A DNA stretch of 64,000 bases, from contig JBITNC010000002.1 in NCBI GenBank assembly GCA_050084985.1, positions 21,142,001 through 21,206,000 of the forward strand. The letters run 5' to 3'. This DNA is from Nageia nagi (taxonomy: Eukaryota; Plantae; Pinophyta). Below, in pieces: positions 1 to 12,912 of this stretch. How positions within the stretch are numbered: position 1 is the stretch's first letter; the number at the start of each line of letters is the position of its first letter. Both the position numbers and the translations under genes were made by a program. Under the pieces are notes generated by a model. The model had not been told where the DNA came from and made no database searches. It worked only from the letters and a program-made list of their open reading frames with translations.

Positions 1-18
1 ACTTGATTTGAAATCTTA

Positions 19-212
19 ATGGATTTGATTAAAGAATTGGTAGAAAAGCTATCATGTTTTATAGTAGTGGATAGGTTTACCAAGCATGTTCACTTTATAC
101 CATAGAGAATCCTACACAACATTCAAGGTTGTTCAAAATTTCATGAATCAAATATTTTGACTTTATTAGATGCCATACTTGATTATTAATGATCATGATC
201 ACACCTTCACCA
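19..212 (+). mobile_element. Decayed Ty3/Gypsy integrase fragment
   Basis: Translates as MDLIKE...IVVDRFTKHVHFIP...NQIF*LY*MPYLIINDHDHTFT, matching the Gypsy integrase core (SMDFI...VVDRFSKYAHFIP...EIFRLHGxPxxIVSDRD). Stops and indels are present. Confidence 0.7.
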
Positions 213-1019
213 ATAATTAGAGGTGCTTCACCTTCATTCATCATCATGATGGTATAGATCCCCATCCTTTTCTAATGAATCAAGAGTTTTAGGGTTGTTT
301 AATATCATTAGGGTTAGGGTTTTTGAGATATGGGGATCTCTCAACATTTGTCCTTATTCTCTTTTTATATATTTTTTGCTTTTCTCAGCCAAAATGCTAT
401 CAGTATATTTATAAATCTCTAGTGTGTAATGAACTATCCCATAAGGTGATATATTTTTCACAGGTACTATTGATGAGAATTCTCTCATAGTAGAGAACCA
501 CCCTCACTTACCAAATAGAAGGTAGAGCATATAATAATAAAACAAATTTTGTATGTGCAATCCTTTTATCAAGTAATAATGGTATAATTTATTTTGTAGG
601 TGCAAGATTTCTTTTCCATCATCAAAACCCCAAAACCAAGGCTAGAGGGGTTTTGTGAAAATTAAGGTGCTAGTTTTGGTCCTATTAGATATTTTCCATA
701 AATAAAATCAAGTTTGGGGTTTCAAAATTATAGGTTTTATGCTAGAGTTTTGGGGGGATAAATAAAATGATATGCATAGTAACAACATTTAACAAAATAC
801 TATAAATTATTCTCTAGATTTGAGTAATGGAATTATTTAGTGATAGAAGAGAAACTTCTGATCTATAAAATGCGATGAATAATTTTATGGAATGCAAATA
901 TTGACTGGTCTACTTAGTTGTTTGCACTCTTGTGCTCTCAGGTGCTCTCTCCCTCTCTCATGCTCTACAATCCAATGGTCATATATTAAAATGAAATAAA
1001 TGATATCTTTTTTAATTAT

Positions 1020-1730
1020 GTTTAGTAGTAAATGCTAAGCATTTACAACAATAATTACATGTGGAGTAGGGTAAAAGTGGTAAATGCCTAACATTTACTA
1101 CGTAGTAAATGCTTAGTGATAAAGAAATTTTTATAAACTCTTGGAGATTATTGCAAAGTAATAATGAATGCACACATGTGGGACCTAGGTGAAAGAAAGG
1201 AAAATTAGTAACCATCAAGTGTTTACTACATAGTAAACGTTAGGCGATAAAGAAGTTGCAATAAACTCCATGCAATTACTACAAAGTAAAAAATAATGTG
1301 CACATGTGGGACCTAATGGAAATAGTGATAAACTCTTGGCATGTAAAAGAAAACTAATTACACAAGTGCAAAATGTTTGAAATCTCAATGGGAGAGAGAA
1401 GATGTGGTAAACATCAGGCATTTAATACTCAATAAATGCCATGCAATAGAGAAAATGTAGCAAATGCCTAGCATGTAATGATTGAAATCAAATGTGCATG
1501 TGCTATATTCAAAATCTAGGTGAGAGAGAGATGATGTGGTAAATGGTAGGTGTTTAAATCATAGATATACCTAGCATTTACAACTATAATAAAATGAAGA
1601 AGTCAAGTGTGCGGGTAACAAGGCCTATGGTAAAATCTAGGCATTTATAGCATAGAATATGCTTGGTATTTACAATGAGTAATAACACACTAGGAATTTA
1701 CTACTATAAATAATGCTTGGCATTTACAAA
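1020..1730. repeat. Dispersed array of the palindromic motif GTAAATGC-N3/4-GCATTTAC, probably DNA-transposon subterminal repeats
   Basis: About ten full or degenerate copies, e.g. gtaaatgctaagcatttac (~1028), gtaaatgcctaacatttac (~1080), caaatgcctagcatgtaat (~1461), taatgcttggcatttac (~1711). Confidence 0.55.
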
Positions 1731-3939
1731 CCCCATCAAAGACAAAAAATGGTGGACCCTACCGTCAGGCTGCATGCAAAGGTCCTTTTTCTTGATGATG
1801 TTAGAGGTATCGAGGGGTTAATTTTATGGTAGTATAGAAAACTCCCCTTGCACCTCATGGAAAGTCTTATGGACCTAGCACCAAAGGCACCCCTTCTCCT
1901 AAGCCTCATGTCAAATTGATCAACGTTGTGGAACTTCCCTTAAAGAGATCCTTCGCACCACCACTAAGTTGACATGGAGACCTACCAACATGGATAAACA
2001 CTTGAAATAACCTTTCTTAGAGCCACCTATATGGAACTGCATGGAAGCATACACCCTTGCATTGAAAATCATGCCTACATTGACTATTTGATTGCTACAT
2101 TAGCATCCAATTAGCATTAGTTTAGAAAAACATGTTTTTGAACCTATTTAAAATTACAGAGAGTTTTTTTTTCCCATGAGCAATTTTGATTTAATTTTAA
2201 TGACTTGTTTTTGCTACACATTCATAATTTTAATATTTTTGATATGGTGATATTTATTTTTGGGGGCATTTTATCATTGTTAAGAATATTTATTTTTGAG
2301 GATATTTCATAAGTTTACTTGATTTCTAAATTTTTAGAAGTTTTAATATTTTCTTTGTAACACAATTCTGTTGAAAAAATTTGATGATAAAAATTTATTA
2401 TTATTTCTTTGATATCTTTTAGAGATGAAATAATATATTTCTTTTAGTTACTTAGTTAAGTTGAGTGGTGCATTGTTGGAGATATTCTTTATCTTTATTT
2501 TTTTTAATTTTATTTTTTAAAGTAAAGTGCATATCATTAAAATGATGAATAATTTGAAAGGGTCCTACAACCTTTTACATCAAAGGATGTAATGTCTCAT
2601 GCTGTAATATTTGGTATAACATTATTGTAATTTTTGAAATATGAAAAAAATTATCCTACTTTAAATTTAAAATAAGGGCCAAAAGATGTCACCCAAAACA
2701 AGGAACACTTTATCACTTGATGTTTCCTTAATAGTTCTCTAGAACCCTAAAAACTCTATAATTAGAAAATTAAATTTAGTATGAATGGTTTGAATCTACT
2801 TGCTAAAACCATGGATAACCTCCTTGAGAGGTCCTACAATGCAACAACTCTAGATCTCTTCCAAAAATGAAAAAAATGGATCTCTACTAAAAATCTACAT
2901 GAAAGTTCCCTCAAATAAGTAGAGAACCCCTAGAAAACCCTTCCTTAAAGGAGATTCAAAAAGCAAGGGTCTTTTTAGAGTATTCATTTTAGTAAGGGGT
3001 TAGGAGAAAAAAAAAACTCAAACCAAACATGTGAAAAAGAATATAATGGATCTTAGATAACAAAAACCAACAAGGAGGAAAAACCAACTCAAGCTTAAAA
3101 GAGCATAGATCCTTGGAAGAAATGAAAATAGAAACAACCAAAAACCTATTGTCTAGAAATACTAAATCCTTCCATAAAAGTTTAGTAATGATCCAAGATG
3201 AAGAAGAAATTGGGGGAAGTAGAGGATTAAAATAAAATAAAACAACATAAATGGAAAGAGAATACCAAGATGTCAAAGAAAAAGCAAAGGGATTGAAAGT
3301 ATTCCAAAGTTCTAAGGAGTCAAAATTGGGGCTCTCTAGTTATCGACAAGACCTAGGGAAATCAAAAAAAAAAAATTCATTGAAAGAGAACAAAGAACAT
3401 CCAATTAGGTGAACTACAAATGTGGGGATGTTGGAGTTGAAATAACAAATTTCTTATGCTTTAGGAACCAAGATAGTGGTGTCTTGTTATAGATGTTCTT
3501 TATCTTGTTACAAAGGTATGAAAATGGAAGTTTTGTGATAGTCACCTTTGAATATGAAGATGGTTTCCTCCATTATTCTTGAATGTATTGCTATATATGC
3601 ACATTTATTTATTTAAATATGGTTATGTTATTCTTACTTCACATTTTCTACTACTACTTTTATGCTTTCCTTATGATTCAAAGCTAGATATATTTTGAGT
3701 CTTTTGATTGGTTTGTGTTCTAATAGAAGTATGAACCTAGCACCATTGAAGCGTTACATATTTTGAGGGGTGTTTAATTTGTTGATGTGAAAAATGATTA
3801 AATTTTGTTGCAGCTATTTTATGAATGAATAAATTTTAATTAATAAGAACCTTTGTTTAGAATTCTATGTGTGGGGAAATTTAGTTGTTAGGTAGCTTTG
3901 GTTCATGTATATTTTTGTTTGACATCTTTGATGAGCTTT

Positions 3940-5894
3940 TGATGAACCTACAATATTAAATTACACTTTCTTTATGTAGCAAAATAATACCACAACTTTT
4001 AAAGGGCATAAATTTTGATCCAAATATTATTTTCAGCCCATTTTTTTAAAATCAAGTAGTCCTAAAACATTTTTTGTACAACCTAAATTTTGCTTTTACT
4101 TTTAGTTCTATTTTTAGAATAATTGCATGTATTGAGTAATGGATGTATGGCTCCATTTTTGACCTCATCTAAGATATATTTTAGGTTTTTTTAAATTAGA
4201 AAGGAAGAAGGAGATGCTTTATAAAAGCTTATTGTAATCCTTTTAAGGAGGTATAGTAGATTCAAAAGAATAAATAATTCTTGTTGTGAATTTTATTCCT
4301 CCATTGATTTACATATGTGTTGTGAATAAAGTTTAGAGATTTGTTTTGGCCTCTTGTAGGAATCTACATCATTTGCTATCATATCTATGTTAATTTTGTT
4401 GGATATAATATTGTATTCATATCACCATGGAAGGGATGTAGATAAATAAGTAACATGAACAATTAGTATTAGAAGATACTCTAAGGAGTATGATGTTTGA
4501 ATGTAGACCTCTCATGGAGGAGCTAAAACATTTATGCTTCAATGTTGAGTACCTTAAAGCTAAGGAGAGTCGAAGAAGAAATTGGTTGACACCTTGTATT
4601 ACAAGTATGAAGAATATAAAAGCCCCATAGAGGGACATGACTATGAGATTAATAGAGGAAATCTTGGTTGATAAAAAAAAAAGTTTTGAGAACCCTTACC
4701 ATTATATAATTGCAAAGAAGCATATGGTGGTCGTTGAGAGTTTTGAGTTGGTTATCAAGAGTATGCCTAAGGAGGAAGAATGAATTAAAGATATTGAACA
4801 AAATAAATAAGATCTCAAAGGAGATCATGCAAGCTCAAATCAAATACAAAGATGTTAATTCCAATGAAACTATAAAATTATATTTTATAGTTATGGATCC
4901 AGTAGAAGAAGCCATAAACATGGATAAATGTTTTAAAGACATATTGGAGACTAAATTAGGATATTAAAAATATCATTTTAGTAGAGGCATTAGATTTATT
5001 TGATTTAGCAATGGAGTCCAAGGAAGAAGAAGAAATGGAATTTTTTCTAAACCTAGCAATGGAGCACATGAATAATCATTTTGATGCTCAAAAGTATAAT
5101 GAGTTTATTGACCAACAAAATTTTGATGAGAAATATGAGACTGAAACATATTTTTGCAATGAATTTATTTCTTGGGATTCGATAAATAATTTTTCTAAAT
5201 GATGGAAAACATGGAGAAAGATAGAATCTCAACAAAAGAAGAGGATCATAATGGGATTCCCGAATCCAAGTTGCAGAGAGAAGAGTGTAAAGCCTGGCTA
5301 GAAAAAAAAGAAAGTTTAAAATGAAGAGGTTTTCAAATATTTCCAACTTCTAAGATCAGCAAAACTTAGGGGCTTAGTTATTTTCAACCAAAGGAGAATG
5401 ATGCACTTAGAATATCTAATTACACTTTCTATATGTAGTAGAATAATACCCCAACTTTTGAAGGGTGTAACTTTTGATCCAGATATCATTTTGAGCCCAT
5501 TTTTTAAATCATGTAGAATTTTAAAATATACAAGATTGTAACATATCCCATGGGAGAAACTTTTGAGGCCTAAAATATTTTTTATATAGCCCAAATTTCA
5601 TTTTTAATGTTAGTTCTATCTTCAAGTTCTATTTTTAGAATAATTGCATGTATTGAGTAATGGATGCATGGCTCCATTTTGGGCCTCATATAAGCTATAT
5701 TTTAGGTTTTTTTTAAATTTAGAAAGAAAGAAAGAGATGATTTATAAAAGATTATTGTAATACTTTTGAGGAGGTAGAGTAGATTCAAAAGAATGAATAC
5801 TTCATGTTGTGAATTTTATTCTTCCATTGATTTGCTTGTGTGTTGTGAATCAATTTTGGATATCTATTTTGGTCTCTTGCAAGAATCTACATCA
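3940..5894 (+). mobile_element. Non-autonomous CRM-clade (chromovirus Gypsy) LTR element, ~1.95 kb
   Basis: Direct repeats 3940-4371 and 5399-5894 both begin TGATG and end CATCA, the CRM hallmark. A degenerate Met PBS (tttgctatca) follows the left LTR and a PPT (caaaggagaa) precedes the right LTR. Flanks gcttt/gattt are a 4/5 TSD match. The ~1-kb interior has no RT. Confidence 0.75.
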
Positions 5895-6442
5895 GATTTG
5901 AAGTAAGTGTATGAGATTGATCATATGGTTTGAATATAGGAGATCAAATCTTTTACAAGCAAGATACATATGGAAAAATTTGCATGTGTTTCTTCATACA
6001 TATCATTGTTGTATTCATGGTGTAGAATATTGTTCTTCACACCTTATTTCTCTTCATTCATGAGATATTTATTGGTGATTATTTTGAGTTTTTTTATTTA
6101 TGAAAATTTCATCTTCCTTATAATGACCAATGTTGAGGAGAATACTTTCTTTATGGTTTTTTAGAGGAGACTTGGTTGCACTATGTTGTTCTCGAACTTC
6201 ATCTACTACTCTCCTTATTTGGATGGAGAGAATTTATTAATGTTATGGTGAAGAAGACTTATATTCCATAATTTTTACCTCTTATATGAAGGGGGGTGGG
6301 GCATAGAACTTAATACTTAAGATGTATCTTTTAAGGAGATTACATATCTTTTATTTGTAAAGAATGTTCTAGATCCCTTGATGCACATTATTTATTTTTC
6401 ATTTCTTTCTTTATCCTCATGTTAAACCTTACAACATATAAG

Positions 6443-6446
<4 letters not shown>

Positions 6447-6522
<76 letters not shown>
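6447..6522. repeat. (TA)38 microsatellite
   Basis: Uninterrupted TA dinucleotide run. Confidence 0.97.
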
Positions 6523-6525
<3 letters not shown>

Positions 6526-7699
6526 CTCTCTCTCCTAGGATTAGGCACATCTAAAAAAATAATGGTAAAATGTTGCTTTTCTAATTTTAATCTTCCTTAT
6601 GAGAGCTTATTAACATTATTATTTTTAAAAATATATAATTCAATGATTTTAGCCTTTCTTTTTAAAAAATAATTATTAATTTAGTTTTTTTAAGCCTCCT
6701 AAGTCTACATCAATAAGCACGAAGTTTATAAATATTTGATTGTTTAAGTTAAACTCCATACTTGATATTTAATTTTCAAATTTATTGTTTTATTTTAATT
6801 ACTTTATTTTAAGAATGGAAAAGTATCATTAATATTACTAATGATATGCTATTGAAATATTTTTTTATCAAGATCAAGAAAACCCACTAGTAAAATTAGT
6901 TTTTTTATATAGAAACCCGAAAACCATGTTTATAAATTACAACATCTTGTGAGCTAAACTACCAGTATTTATTTAAGACTACATTTACTCAATATTTTGA
7001 GGTATATAGATAACATAGGCATCTATTATTTACATATTTCACTCTTTTAGAAAATAGAATTATTATGTAGAAATGTAAATTGCTTCTTTTTTCTATAACT
7101 TGATGGAATAAGTAGTTTAACCTTTTATGATTACAAAATAATGAAGCTTGACATGCCATGAAAAACTCATTATTTTCCATATGTTACAAGCTTAGCTAAA
7201 ATATTTTTCTCAAAATTTTCACTCCCTTTGGTGTCCAACCTTTTTTATCTTTTATAATCCAATATCTTTGCATTTCTTATGCAAGGATACCTATGTTCAA
7301 ATTCCTTCATTTTCATATCCTCATTTGATTCTAATTAATCAAGTGCTTTTCAAAATATGTGATTTGTTTTACTATTTTCTTTTGTAAATATTTCTTTTAG
7401 GTTGTTAACCTACCTCATTTTATGATACATTCATTTCTTAATTTAACATATTTGGGCTATGATTGTTTGAACCTTCATTTATAATATTTTCTCCTTCTAT
7501 GATTATCATCTACCCTCCTTCCATTATGTTTTCATTTTTGTAATTTTCATTGTGATAATTTTTTACTACTATTATCAATTTAGTATAATTTTCTATTTGT
7601 TGATCCAATAATTTATTTTGAATTATTGTCACTACTTTTAGCCTCAACTTATATTAGTTCACCTTCTATAGGTTTGATGCATTCCTCATCATCACCTTA

Positions 7700-9340
7700 T
7701 CCTGCACCTCTTAATGGTTTTTTGCTCTCTATTATTTATGACTTATGTTATCTATAATTACCATTTACAAGAAAGATGTTAGGTTATCTTTGAATTTGGC
7801 CATCTAATGAGAATTGGTCATTATTTTCATAATGCAACTACTGAACCCATCTAGCTCTAATTTAAATATGATTGAAGCAATCAACTTCAATATAAAATGA
7901 CCTATATAAAAATTATTTTCTTGAACACCCTTTTTTGAGCTTTTGTGAGTTCTTTAACAACAAAATCATTTCCAAAGGATCTTGTAATACCTTAAAATAC
8001 TATTTGTTGCTATAAAGTTAAAGGTATGTATGGAAAGGCAACCCAAATTGGAGAAATATTGATCTAGGCCTTAGTAAGATTGAAAGTATGTCACCATTCA
8101 TTCAAAAATACTATTCACTTACCAAATAAAAAAGGATATCTAATGTGTAATTGTAGCTTAATCATATCTAAAATATCCTTAACCTTATATAGTAACCTAG
8201 CCTATATTCTAATAAGATGAATATTCGATCGAGCAATATGGATCTTCCCTAACAACCTTTAATGAATTTTTTATCACTTGATGATTGATTATGGGATTTT
8301 AAGATATTATTTGTCTTTTTTTTCTACTTACAATATAGGCCTAGTATCTATCTTTACATATTATATGAAGAAGGTTCACCAAGAGCTTTGAAGTAATGTT
8401 ATTGCTACTATGAATTTAAAAGGAATGGAATGCCATGAATATGAATGGAGATTATTTCCTTTTATCTACATGAATGAGCTTAGAAAAATCCATTTCTAGT
8501 TATCACATTATAATATTCCCTAAAATCTAAAATACACTAACTTATATCTTTCTATGAACACTCTTATTTGGGCTTTTGTACGTTCGTTAGCTACAAAATA
8601 TTTTTTGAAAGATCCTATAATACCCTCAAAGATTTTTTTTTCTACAAATTTAAATTTAACTATGGAAGGGTGATCCAAATTCTAGTGAAATCATTATCTA
8701 GGCCTTACCAAGAATGAAATCAAGTCACCATTTCTCTAAAAAATTATCATCCTTTTCCAAATAAAAAAGGATATCAAATATGTAATTGGAACACATTGCA
8801 ATGATATCTAAGATTTCCTTAATCTTCCATAGTACCCTAGCCTATTTTCTAATTAGATGAATATTCGATAGAGCACTATCGATCTTACCTAATAACCTTT
8901 AATATGTTCTTTTCATCGCTTGATGATTGATTATGGTATTTTGAAACATAATTTATCTCCTTTTTTTCTACTTTGAGTGGTTAAGGCCTAGCATCTATGT
9001 TTACCTATTCTATGAAGAAGCTTCACTAAGAGCATTGAAGTAATTCCATTGCTATTGTGAAATCAAAAGTAATGGAAGGAAATAGATATAATTTATCTCC
9101 TTTTTTTCTACTTTGAGTGGTTAAGGCCTAACATTATGTTTACCTATTCTATGAAGAAGCTTCACTAAGAGCATTGAAGCAATTCCATTGCTATTGTGAA
9201 ATCTAAAGCAATGGAAGGACATAGATATGAGTGGAGACTATATTCTTTGATCTAAATCAATGAGATGGAAAAGCCAAGGATAATTATAATTATCACATGA
9301 TAATTTTGCCTCAAGGCTAAAATATACTTATGTCAAGAAA
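7700..9340 (-). mobile_element. Two tandem, decayed L1 LINE ORF1 (DUF4283-like) 5' fragments
   Basis: Minus strand gives ISPIWVAFPYIPL (~8020-8060) and DFTRIWITLP (~8660-8700), the PxWVxLPxLP motif of plant L1 ORF1. Segments ~8000-8560 and ~8650-9340 are homologous. An internal ~139-bp tandem duplication lies at ~8949-9225. Confidence 0.55.
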
Positions 9341-9779
9341 GATGATCTCATGCAATATTCATTTAATTCATATTTTAGAGATTGATTTTTTACTTTTATT
9401 CTTTTTATGCATATTCATAATTATGTTTTAATATTGTTCATATAAATGTTTCATATATACATGCATTTTATTTTTAATTATACTTTTATAGTTACAATCC
9501 CCATTCTCTATGCATCATCTTCTTAGAAATATTACATTGTTATTACATTCCAAAAATATACAGTGTCGAATTAATTTGGTATCACTTTCTTTTTAAAATA
9601 AAATAAAAATATCTATGTTGTACTTATACAACATAAAAAGTAACATAGTAACTAAACCTAGCTAATTAACCAACTATAAAATAATGTTGGGTAGGTTAAA
9701 AGAAAAAAATCAATAATTATACAAAATGTAATTAATAATATATGATATGAAATAACATGAATGATTAGATATTATAATT

Positions 9780-10720
9780 TTATGCCCTTTTACTTATTAT
9801 GGTTATTTATGTTAACTACAAAACATTGTAATGGTTTTGAGAAAGCTACAATAATTTTTATCTTTCTAAAATAATACTTCATAAATCTAAATTATAATTT
9901 AATATATGATATATGCATTTACATCTTTCATGATCTCATAATATTAAATTAAATTTATCATAAACTTGTAGGAGGGAATCCACTTCAATAGATATAATTA
10001 CTGAATATATTTACACTCCACAAATAAAATAAAATTACAAAATACCTTGAATAGAAGTTTAAGATTATCTCAAATACTACGAATCAAACCTACAATTTCA
10101 AAAAATAAAAAATAAAATATTACTATAAAAATCGCACATTAAAAAAATAATAACTTTTTTTTCAGAATTACAAATGAAGAGTTCATATCCTTTGAATACA
10201 CTTTACATAAGTTTTATTCTTGACACGAAAATTCAATTTACTTAAGGTTTTGTTAATCCACTAAACTCAAAAGGATTGAATAATTGAATTGGAAAATTGC
10301 TTTTAGGTATTAGAGGATTATTATAAGAGTTTCGAAGATGCTCTAACACACTTTAAAATGATTTCACAATGTACACATATAAAAACCGTCACAAAACATA
10401 GGTAGAATTTTTCTGTAATGTAATGTCTGGACAAAAAATGCCGACATCATGGATGTGAGTGCTGCGTAAAGAGTGGGCGTGCAATCGTCTTAGAGTTTTA
10501 TTGCATGCTGGGAAAGGCATGCTTTTCCACTCAGATACTGCTGGAAGAATATGAAGACGGTAGAGTTTTATAGAGTGCGGTCCATTATTTGATCCACTTA
10601 GTAGTAGTGGATCAAGTGATCAGATCAATGGTGATTAAATTATTATTATTGATAAAGTGGAAGGAAAGTGCTCAGATCAATGTTAAAAGTGGCAAAAATG
10701 GACATCTTCATATTGGAAAT
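9780..10720 (-). repeat. Orphan copy of the EXLA 3'-flank (AT-rich module plus CpG-retaining block)
   Basis: 10310-10720 aligns with 16490-16925, downstream of the EXLA at 17081. 9780-10300 aligns with 12420-12900, 11300-11550 and ~61800-62300. Confidence 0.75.
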
Positions 10721-11090
10721 CTTCACTTTGATTGATTGTGGAATTCCCATATATAGCTTATCTTTATCTCATTTCTTTTCTACTTCCAACGGAGGTTTAG
10801 CATCTGTCCAATATTCACTTTGGAAAAAATGGACATCTTCGTATTGGAAATCTTCACTTTAATTGATTGTGGGATTTCCATATATAGCTTATCTTTTATC
10901 TCATTTCTTTTCTTCTTCCAACTGAGGTTTAGCATCTGTCTTGGCCTCTTTTGTAAAGAGGTTTTGCCAAGAACATTAAGGTATTGGTATTGCTACCGTA
11001 AAATGAAAAGCAAGGAAGATCATAGAGCCAAGTGGAGATTAAGTTTAATAATTATCACAAAATAATTTTATTTTGAGGTTAAAATAGACT
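10695..11090 (-). repeat. Third copy of the LINE 5' fragment, with a ~130-bp tandem duplication
   Basis: aaaaatggacatcttc...gaggtttagcatctgtc occurs at ~10695 and ~10825. The downstream part is homologous to 8270-8550 and 8915-9330. Confidence 0.6.
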
Positions 11091-11554
11091 AATTTAATTT
11101 AAGAAAAAGATTACATATGATAGTTATTTAATTCACATTTTAGAGATTGATTTTATTTTTTTTATTTAATATATATTCATAATTGTTATTTAATATTTAT
11201 CACATAACTTTTATATTGTTAAATTATTTATTGACTTAAATCTTTCATATGATTTGTAATTATACTTTATAGTTATTATTGTCATTTATTATGTACAATA
11301 TAGGATATGAAATACGAGAATGATTGATTATTATAATTTGATATATTTATTATGATTATTTATGTTAACTACAAATCATTGTAATGATTTTCAGATTGTT
11401 ACAACTAATTTTTATCTTTCTAAAATAGTACTTCATGAATCTAGATTCTAAGTTAACATATGACACATGAAATTACACCTATTAGAATCTGCATAAGAGC
11501 AAGTTAGATTTACCATAAACATGTAGACATGGAATCCACTTCAATAAGTATCGT

Positions 11555-12263
11555 TGTAGCTATCAACCTGCAAATATAAAGCCAGACACATACGAATACA
11601 AATAGAACAGGTCATTTATGTTCGTCGTCCTCATGGGATTTGAAAACATGGAACTAGGAATGTGCTACTTAACCGTAACAACCTCGACCGGAACAATCTC
11701 TGTTTGGCCTCCATGGTGTAAGAATCCCAACGCAAGGAAGTATGGATGTCGGCTGGTTTCATATGCTTTAACTATCATCTCTGTTTGGCCTCCATGGTGT
11801 AAGAATCCCAACGCAAGGAAGTATGGATGTCGGCTGGTTTCATATGCTTTAACTATCAGATTGTGGCCCTCGTACTCGCCAAAGATCCTACTTGAACATT
11901 ACGTAGAAAAATTAAAAACTTATATTCTTCAAGACAAAAGAGAGAGTAGTGACCGAGTGTTTTAAAAATGAGGTTTCTACTGAGAAGTCAGAACCTTTTG
12001 TATTCGACTGTGATGATGCCGGCATGTACAGGGACGGGGACATGTTTGGCAGACCAAAGTGTACTTGGGTACAAGTTACAATAAATTATCTGGTCATTTG
12101 AGGTCATGTCTGTCACGGTGTCACCACTACTTTCGCCCGACTTGTTGCATACCTTGGGATCCAGGCATCTTATCTGCATGACAATATTCAATTATACATT
12201 TTTGTAATATCTAAACCTAGATTTCAAAATAGTTCGTGGCGTATCAATTCCTTGAATTAGGGC
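11555..12263 (-). pseudogene. EXLA: Expansin-like A pseudogene (exon 3, exon 4 and the first bases of exon 5; exons 1-2 lost)
   Basis: Exon 3 reads IRCLDPKVCNKSG..VTDMTSNDQ..VHAGIITVEYKR with indels. Exon 4 reads RIFGEYEGHNLIVKAYETSRHPYFLALGFLHHGGQTE and carries a perfect 81-bp duplication (11696-11776/11777-11857). The exon 5 acceptor (CAG|GTTGAT at 11567) is followed by an abrupt deletion into the 3' flank module. Introns are homologous to the intact copies. Confidence 0.9.
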
Positions 12264-12912
12264 TTTCAAACTTTAGTTCTTTTCAAAACAAAATAAATGT
12301 ATATACGTTGTGTTTAGGCCACGTAAAAAGTAACAAACTAACAAAACCTAGTGAATTAAAATGCCCATAGCTTGAAAGATAAAATGAATAAGTTCACAAA
12401 ATGGCATTAATAGTTTAATGATATATGATATGAAATTACATTAATAATTTTATATATTTTTACGTATTGGAGTTTTGTATTTTAATTACAAATCATTTTA
12501 ATTTTGTTGAGAATGTAACAATTGTTTTTGTCTTTTTAAAATTTGATGAGTCTAAATTTTAAGTTAATCAATGATAGAAGTTATTTTACATATGAGAATA
12601 TAATACTAAGTTAAATTTTACATAAACTTTTAGAAATAGAATCCACTTCCATAGCTTATTTAATATATGAAAGGTCTATAAATAAAAAAAAATGTAGTAT
12701 TTTCAATAGAAACTTAAGATTATCTTAAATATTGTGAGTTAAAACTATAATCTAAAAAAGAATTAAAACATTAATAGAAAAATAAAACATTAAAAAACTT
12801 AAATATTTTTAAACGATAACAAATAAAGAGTTAATCTTTGTTGAATAGATTTTATCTTGACATGAAAATCAAATTCACAAAAATACTCTTAATCAAGTAG
12901 GATATTATAATT

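Noticed and set aside
11618-11965. 115-aa plus-strand ORF with a duplicated 27-aa peptide
   Set aside because: Antisense shadow of the EXLA pseudogene exon 4 and its 81-bp duplication.
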